Positions 58,527 to 64,000 of a DNA stretch of 64,000 bases are shown here, piece after piece (position 1 is the first letter of the stretch; the number at the start of each line of letters is the position of its first letter). The stretch is from NCBI GenBank assembly GCA_903868595.1, contig CAIPVV010000002.1, positions 859-64,858 on the forward strand. The letters run 5' to 3'. The DNA comes from an uncultured Pseudomonadota bacterium (GTDB lineage Bacteria > Pseudomonadota > Gammaproteobacteria > Steroidobacterales > Steroidobacteraceae). The notes under the pieces are model-generated. The model was not told the origin of the DNA and ran no database searches. It was given only the letters and a program-made list of their open reading frames with translations. The translations under genes and the position numbers were made by a program.

Positions 58527-59999
58527 ATGGAATCCGCCGTCGTTGAATCCCGTCCCGAAGTGCTGGCCGCGCTGGCGCGCATCCTGCCGCGCGAGGCGCT
58601 GCTGGTGGAGGCGGAGGATACGCGCCCGTACGAGTGCGACGGGCTCACGCTGATCCGCCAGCGGCCGATGGCCGTGGCCCTGCCGCAGACCGAGGCGCAG
58701 GTGGTGGCGGTGCTGCGCCTGTGCCATCGCCTGGGCGTGCCCGTCGTGCCGCGCGGCGCGGGCACTGGCCTTGCCGGCTCCGCGCTGCCCGATGCCGGTG
58801 GCGTGCTGCTGTCGATGGCGCGCTTCAACCGCATCCTGGCCGTGGACCGGCGTGCCTGCACCGCGACCGTGGAGCCGGGCGTGCGCAACCTGGCGATCAG
58901 CGAGGCGGCCGCTCCGCAGGGCCTGTACTACGCGCCGGATCCCTCCAGCCAGGTCGCCTGCACGATCGGCGGCAACGTGGCGGAGAACTCCGGCGGCGTG
59001 CACTGCCTGAAGTACGGTCTCACGCTGCACAACGTGCTGCGGGTGCGCGGCTATACGGTGGACGGCGAGGCGGTGGAGTTTGGTTCGCTGGCGCCGGATG
59101 CGGCGGGCCTGGACCTGCTGGCGCTGGTGGTCGGCTCGGAGGGCATGCTCGCCGTGACGATGGAGGTGACGGTGCGCCTGGTGCCGCGCCCGGAGCTGGC
59201 CCGCTGCATCATGGCCAGCTTCGCAGACGTCGCGCAGGCCGGCGATGCGGTGGCGGCGCTCATCGCCGCCGGCATCATCCCCGCGGGCCTGGAGATGCTG
59301 GATCAGGCTGCCTCGCGACTGGTGGAGCCGTTTGCGCACGCAGGCTACGACCTGGAGGCGGCCGCGGTGCTGCTGTGTGAGTCGGACGGTACGCCGGAGG
59401 AAGTGGAGGAGGAGATCGCGCACATGAGCCAGGTGCTGCGCGCGGCGCAGGCCACGCGCATCCAGGTCTCGCGCGATGAAGCCGAGCGGCTGAAGTTCTG
59501 GGCCGGCCGCAAGAACGCCTTTCCCGCGGCGGGCCGCGCGGCGCCGGCGTACTACTGCACGGACGGGACGATCCCGCGCAAGCACATCGGCCAGATGCTC
59601 AAGTCCATCCAGGCGATGGAGCGGCGTTACGGGCTCTCCTGTCCCAATGTCTTCCACGCCGGTGACGGCAACCTGCATCCGCTGGTGCTCTTTGATGACA
59701 GCGATCCGGATTCGGTGGCGCGCGCCGAGGCCTTCGGAGCGGAGATCCTCGAGGAGAGCGTGCGACTGGGCGGCACAGTCACCGGCGAACACGGCGTGGG
59801 CATGGAGAAGCTCAACCAGATGTGCTCGCAGTTCGACCGGCCCACGCTGGACGCCTTTGCCGCCGTGAAGCGCGCCTTTGATCCGGCCGGTACGCTGAAC
59901 CCGGGCAAGGTGATTCCCTCGCTGCACCGCTGCGCCGAGTACGGCCGGCAGCGCGTGGTGGGTGGCGCGCTGCCCCACCCCGAGCTGCCGCGCTTCTGA
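58527..59999 (+). CDS. glcD: glycolate oxidase subunit GlcD (FAD-linked oxidase)
   Basis: 490 aa. PVVPRGAGTGLAG marks the FAD_binding_4 domain, and GEHGVGMEKL is at the C-terminus. Confidence 0.93.
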   Translation: MESAVVESRPEVLAALARILPREALLVEAEDTRPYECDGLTLIRQRPMAVALPQTEAQVVAVLRLCHRLGVPVVPRGAGTGLAGSALPDAGGVLLSMARFNRILAVDRRACTATVEPGVRNLAISEAAAPQGLYYAPDPSSQVACTIGGNVAENSGGVHCLKYGLTLHNVLRVRGYTVDGEAVEFGSLAPDAAGLDLLALVVGSEGMLAVTMEVTVRLVPRPELARCIMASFADVAQAGDAVAALIAAGIIPAGLEMLDQAASRLVEPFAHAGYDLEAAAVLLCESDGTPEEVEEEIAHMSQVLRAAQATRIQVSRDEAERLKFWAGRKNAFPAAGRAAPAYYCTDGTIPRKHIGQMLKSIQAMERRYGLSCPNVFHAGDGNLHPLVLFDDSDPDSVARAEAFGAEILEESVRLGGTVTGEHGVGMEKLNQMCSQFDRPTLDAFAAVKRAFDPAGTLNPGKVIPSLHRCAEYGRQRVVGGALPHPELPRF

Positions 60000-61075
60000 T
60001 GGATGCGACCCTGGGACAACTGGTGGAGCAGGTGCGTGGCGCGACCCAGGCGCGCACGCCGCTGCGCATCCGGGCCGGTGGCAGCAAGGATTTCTACGGC
60101 AACCCCTCGCGCGGGCAGATCCTGGATCCGCGGCCGTGGCAGGGAATCGAAGCCTACGATCCCAGCGAGCTGGTGGTGACGGCACGCGCGGGCACCCGGC
60201 TGGCGGAGCTGGAGGCGGTGCTGGCGGCGCAGGGCCAGATGCTGGCCTTCGAGCCGCCGCATTTCGGTCCCGATGCAACGGTGGGGGGCTGCGTCGCGGC
60301 GGGCCTTGCCGGTCCGCGGCGTGCCTCGGCGGGCTACACGCACGGTGGCCTGCGGGATTTTCTGCTGGGGGCGCGACTGCTGGACGGTCGGGGACAGTTG
60401 CTGCGCTTTGGCGGCACGGTCATGAAGAATGTCGCCGGCTATGACGTCGCCCGCGTCCTGGCGGGATCCCTGGGCGTGCTGGGCCTGCTGGTGGACGTCT
60501 CCCTCAAGGTGCTGCCGCTGCCGCGCGCGGAAGTGACCCTGCGGTTTGAACTGGGCGAGGCCCAGGCGCTGGAGCGGCTGTGCGACTGGCAGGGCCGGCC
60601 CCTGCCCGTGTCGGGCAGCGCGTGGTGCCAGGGGGCACTGACGGTTCGCCTCTCCGGTGCCGAGGCCGCGCTGGCTGCGGCCCGCGGACGGTTGGGGGGC
60701 GAGGCGATAGCTGCAGCCGACGCGAGTGCATTCTGGCAGGACCTGCGCGAGCACCAGCTGGAATGGTTCGCCGGGGAGTTGCCGTTGTGGCGCCTGGCCG
60801 TGCCACCGCAGGCACCGCCGCTGGCGCTGGTGGGCGCCCAACTGATCGAGTGGGGCGGCGGGCAGCGCTGGTTGCGCAGCGCGCAGGCGCCGGCACGCAT
60901 CCGCGAGGAGGCGGCCAGGCTGGGCGGCCATGCGACGCTGTTTCGGGGCGGGGATCGCGCCGGCGGCGTGTTCTCGCCGCTGAATCCCGCGCTGCTGGCG
61001 ATCCATCGCCGGCTCAAGCAGGCGTTTGATCCGGCCGGCATCTTCAACCCCGATCGCCTGGTGCAGGGACTGTAG
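59999..61075 (+). CDS. glcE: glycolate oxidase subunit GlcE
   Basis: 358 aa with an FAD-binding PCMH-type domain (RAGGSKDFYG, MKNVAGYD). The start overlaps the glcD stop. Confidence 0.9.
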   Translation: MDATLGQLVEQVRGATQARTPLRIRAGGSKDFYGNPSRGQILDPRPWQGIEAYDPSELVVTARAGTRLAELEAVLAAQGQMLAFEPPHFGPDATVGGCVAAGLAGPRRASAGYTHGGLRDFLLGARLLDGRGQLLRFGGTVMKNVAGYDVARVLAGSLGVLGLLVDVSLKVLPLPRAEVTLRFELGEAQALERLCDWQGRPLPVSGSAWCQGALTVRLSGAEAALAAARGRLGGEAIAAADASAFWQDLREHQLEWFAGELPLWRLAVPPQAPPLALVGAQLIEWGGGQRWLRSAQAPARIREEAARLGGHATLFRGGDRAGGVFSPLNPALLAIHRRLKQAFDPAGIFNPDRLVQGL

Positions 61076-61080
61076 GTCGC

Positions 61081-62298
61081 ATGCAGACGGAACTGGCTGA
61101 CTTTGCGAGGCAGCACGCGGACGGACCGGAGGCGGCGGACATCCTGCGCGCCTGCGTCCACTGCGGGTTCTGCACCGCGACCTGCCCCACGTACCAGCTG
61201 TTTGGCGATGAGCTGGACGGACCACGCGGCCGCATCTACCTGATCAAGCAGGTGCTGGAGGGGCAGGCGCCGACCGAGCGCACGCAGCTGCACCTGGATC
61301 GCTGCCTGACCTGCCGCGCCTGCGAGACCGCGTGCCCCTCGGGCGTGAAATACGGCCGCCTGGTGGAGATCGGCCGCGAGTTGCTGGCGGAGCGCCGGCC
61401 GCGCGGCTGGCGCGCGCAGGCCGCGCGCCGGGCGCTGGCCTGGGTGCTCACCGGCGGCGCGTTCGCTCCGCTGCTGGCGGTGGGCCGCCTGCTGAGGCCC
61501 GTGTTGCCGATGCGCCTGGGGGCGCAGCTTGCCCCGGCGCGGGCCGCCGGCACCTGGCCCCGCACGCCGCGGGCGCGACGCATGCTGCTGCTGGCGGGCT
61601 GCGTGCAGCCCGCGCTGGCCCCGAACATCAATGCCGCCACAGCGCGCGTCTTCGATGCCCTGGGGATCGAAGTGCTTACCGTGGCCCGGGCGGGCTGCTG
61701 TGGCGCGCTTCGCCATCACCTGGACCAGCAGGCGGCCGCGCGGGAGGACATGCGTCGCAACATCGATGCGTGGTGGCCGGCGATCGAGGCCGGTGCCGAG
61801 GCGATCCTCGTCAATGCCTCCGGCTGCGGCACCATGCTGAAGGACTACGGCGTGCTGCTGCGCGCAGATCCGGCGTATGCGGCGAAGGCAGCGCGCATCA
61901 GCGCGCTCGCGCGCGATCTCTGCGAGGTGCTGCCGCCGTTGGTGGCGGCGCTGGCGCCGCGGCTGGGCCCGGCGGTCAGCACGCGCGTGGTGTTCCATCC
62001 GCCGTGCAGCCTGCAGCATGGCCAGCAGCTGCGCGGGGTGGTGGAGGGGATGTTGGTGGCGCTGGGGGCGCAGGTGCTGCCGTTTGCCGACGCGCCGCTC
62101 TGCTGTGGCTCGGCCGGCACCTACTCGCTGCTGCAGCCGGCGGTGTCCGCCACGCTGCGGGAGCGCAAGCTCGCGGCGCTCACGGCACCCCGGCCCGAGG
62201 TGATCCTCTCGGCCAACATCGGCTGCCTGACGCAGCTGTCGGGCGGGGCGACGCCCGTCCAGCACTGGATCGAGTGGCTGGACGAGCGCCTGCGCTAG
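61081..62298 (+). CDS. glcF: glycolate oxidase iron-sulfur subunit GlcF
   Basis: 405 aa. Has CVHCGFCTATCP and CLTCRACETACP ferredoxin motifs plus two CCG domains (CCG at GCCGALRHH and LCCGSAGTY). Confidence 0.93.
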   Translation: MQTELADFARQHADGPEAADILRACVHCGFCTATCPTYQLFGDELDGPRGRIYLIKQVLEGQAPTERTQLHLDRCLTCRACETACPSGVKYGRLVEIGRELLAERRPRGWRAQAARRALAWVLTGGAFAPLLAVGRLLRPVLPMRLGAQLAPARAAGTWPRTPRARRMLLLAGCVQPALAPNINAATARVFDALGIEVLTVARAGCCGALRHHLDQQAAAREDMRRNIDAWWPAIEAGAEAILVNASGCGTMLKDYGVLLRADPAYAAKAARISALARDLCEVLPPLVAALAPRLGPAVSTRVVFHPPCSLQHGQQLRGVVEGMLVALGAQVLPFADAPLCCGSAGTYSLLQPAVSATLRERKLAALTAPRPEVILSANIGCLTQLSGGATPVQHWIEWLDERLR

Positions 62299-62305
62299 CC
62301 GCGCG

Positions 62306-64000
62306 CTACTGGCCGCTGACCGGGTTCGCGTAGTGGTAGGGCGGCAGGAAGTTCTTCGGGTACATCTCGAATTGCACGGACGGCGGCAGGTCCGGCGGAT
62401 TGGTGGCCGTGATGCCGGGCGCCGGGCGCTGAGCAAGGTCCTTCCAGCCCGTCTCGTAGGGTGTGAAGTAGCTGTTCATCACCTGGTCGTGCTGGAACTT
62501 CCAGCGGCCATCGACCTTGATGAACTGGTTCTCGTAGATGCCACCCATCCACATGCCGCTCTTGCCGAAGTTGCCCATCATGCTGAACGCCCGCGAGCGG
62601 ATCCGGGCGCTCTGGCCGTCCGGGGCGACGTGGATCACCGGCTGGTACTGCATGTGGTTGTGCAGCACGCCGTCATCCAGGCCCGCCTGGCCGTACAGGT
62701 TCAGGTTGCGCCGCACGGCGCTCTTGCCCACGTAGATGCCGCGCAGCGCGATCTCGATCGTGCCGTTGGCATCAAAGAGGTCGGCGAGCTCATCCCACTG
62801 CAGCGTCGCCAGGTAGTAGCCGTAGGTCATCTGCAGGTTCTCGATCTGCGCGACGTCCTCCTCGCGGGAGAGCTGGTGCTCGACCTGCGCGAGCTGCGCG
62901 GTGAGCGCGGCCGCATCGCCTGCGGCGGCGCGCGCGGGGCGCGCCCGCGCGGGGCGCGCGCCGGTGACCGGGTGCGCGTAGTGGAAGGGAACCACGTACA
63001 CCTGGTCAAAGTTGCTGTGCGGGTCGCGGGACGGCGCGTCCGGGGGCAGGGCGGGCTCGAAGCGCGCGTACGGTAGCGAGGTCTTGCCCCAGCCGTCCGC
63101 GTAGGGCGTGACCAGGGTGGGATAAAGGTGCAGCCGGCGGATCTTCCAGACGCCGCCCTCGCGCACATACTCGTTCTCGTAGACGCCCGTCTCCCACTCG
63201 TCGAACGCACCGGCCTGCGCGAGCTGCGCGAACAGCCGCCAGCGGCCCCTGGCGCTGCGGCCGTCCGCCGCCACGTGGATGACCGGCTGCAGCTGCATGT
63301 TGTCGTACAGGCGGTTCTCGATCACGCCCTCCGGGCCGAGTGCCCGCAGGTAGTTGAGCACATGGCCCTGGCCGCGGTAGGTCCCGCGCCCGGCGATCTC
63401 CACCTCGCCGTTGGCTGCGAAGAGCGCCGCGGCCTGGCTCCATTGCCCCTTGTCGAGGTAGTAGCCGTAGATGCGCTGCAGGTTCTCGATCTGGTACTGG
63501 TCATCCAGCCGCTGCACGTCGGCGGCGAGCTGGGCGGTACGCTCGGCAAGCTGGGCGAGCGGGGGCGCTGTGGCGGGAACCGGCGGGGGCTGCGGGGTCA
63601 CCGGCGCCGCGCCCTTGAAGTGGAACGGCGGCGTGAACGCACCGGGCCAGGTCTTGTAGGGGATCGTCGTGGGCGCGTCGGGCGTGAGCTTGGCGCCGAC
63701 GAACTGGCCGGCGTTGACGTCGCCATGCACCGACCAGCCGCCCGCGTACGGCACGTACAGGGTCTGGAACCAGTGCAGGTGGCGGATCTTCCAGACGCCG
63801 TCCTGCTTCACGTAGTCGTTCACGTACGGGCCTTCGCCCCAGTACGCCTCCTTGCCCAGCTGGCCGATGAGCAGCACGTCGCGCCAGGTGCCCTGCGCGG
63901 AGTGGCCGTCGGCGGAGAGGTCCACCACCGGCATGAGCTGCAGGTGCTCGTTCAACTGGCCCGGGAGCAGCCCCTTGCGGCCGCCGCCCCAGGCGTACAG
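62306..64000 (-). CDS. protein built of at least three tandem NTF2/SnoaL_4-like modules; 5' end outside the window
   Basis: Track ORF 62306-63955 stays open in the same frame up to base 64000. The module (IENLQ..YGYY.....W..LA.LF..NG..EI...G.Y.G......L........L..H.Q.QPVIHVA.DG.SA.....F.......G.YEN.Y....G.WK) occurs three times. Each copy is followed by a P[FY]H[FY]..PV[TS]G-like tail. Confidence 0.8.
   Translation of the reverse strand: MYAWGGGRKGLLPGQLNEHLQLMPVVDLSADGHSAQGTWRDVLLIGQLGKEAYWGEGPYVNDYVKQDGVWKIRHLHWFQTLYVPYAGGWSVHGDVNAGQFVGAKLTPDAPTTIPYKTWPGAFTPPFHFKGAAPVTPQPPPVPATAPPLAQLAERTAQLAADVQRLDDQYQIENLQRIYGYYLDKGQWSQAAALFAANGEVEIAGRGTYRGQGHVLNYLRALGPEGVIENRLYDNMQLQPVIHVAADGRSARGRWRLFAQLAQAGAFDEWETGVYENEYVREGGVWKIRRLHLYPTLVTPYADGWGKTSLPYARFEPALPPDAPSRDPHSNFDQVYVVPFHYAHPVTGARPARARPARAAAGDAAALTAQLAQVEHQLSREEDVAQIENLQMTYGYYLATLQWDELADLFDANGTIEIALRGIYVGKSAVRRNLNLYGQAGLDDGVLHNHMQYQPVIHVAPDGQSARIRSRAFSMMGNFGKSGMWMGGIYENQFIKVDGRWKFQHDQVMNSYFTPYETGWKDLAQRPAPGITATNPPDLPPSVQFEMYPKNFLPPYHYANPVSGQ

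Overview
High-GC (roughly 68-70% by eye) proteobacterial chromosomal window, most likely a gammaproteobacterium. About 60 protein genes and 4 tRNAs can be supported. Most of it is core. (i) tRNA-Val | gltX | tRNA-Ala(GGC), the same neighbourhood as in E. coli. (ii) pcnB-folK-deoxynucleoside kinase-panB-panC. (iii) queG followed by nnr-tsaE-amiB-mutL-miaA-hfq-hflX-hflK-hflC-yjeT-purA, in exactly the E. coli order (36.3-48.9 kb). (iv) lctP-glcDEF for glycolate/lactate use. Accessory content includes a HigBA toxin-antitoxin pair at the left edge and a lower-GC islet (2.6-4.4 kb) holding a cupin, a DUF6152 gene and a frameshifted partner gene. Further on are a quinohemoprotein PQQ alcohol dehydrogenase, a large lipoprotein with tandem Ig-like modules and an HEXXH zinc-protease motif, and a DUF1592-DUF1552-ankyrin-kinase-regulator gene string. 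There is also a TonB-receptor remnant, a Tat-exported IorAB-like molybdoenzyme with XdhC-type maturation genes and an orphan tatA, a YcbB/YcbK-like cell-wall pair, and a multi-repeat NTF2-like protein at the right edge. I saw no CRISPR array, IS element, integrase, prophage gene or rRNA. No single obvious novel system stands out. The best candidates for a second look are the 12.6-19.9 kb DUF1592/DUF1552/ankyrin/two-component string, the 8.7-11.6 kb lipoprotein metalloprotease plus small secreted partner, the unexplained 769-bp GC-rich gap upstream of lctP, a homopolymer-associated frameshift, and the repeat-built NTF2-like protein. All family assignments come from reading motifs in the translated ORFs, not from database searches.
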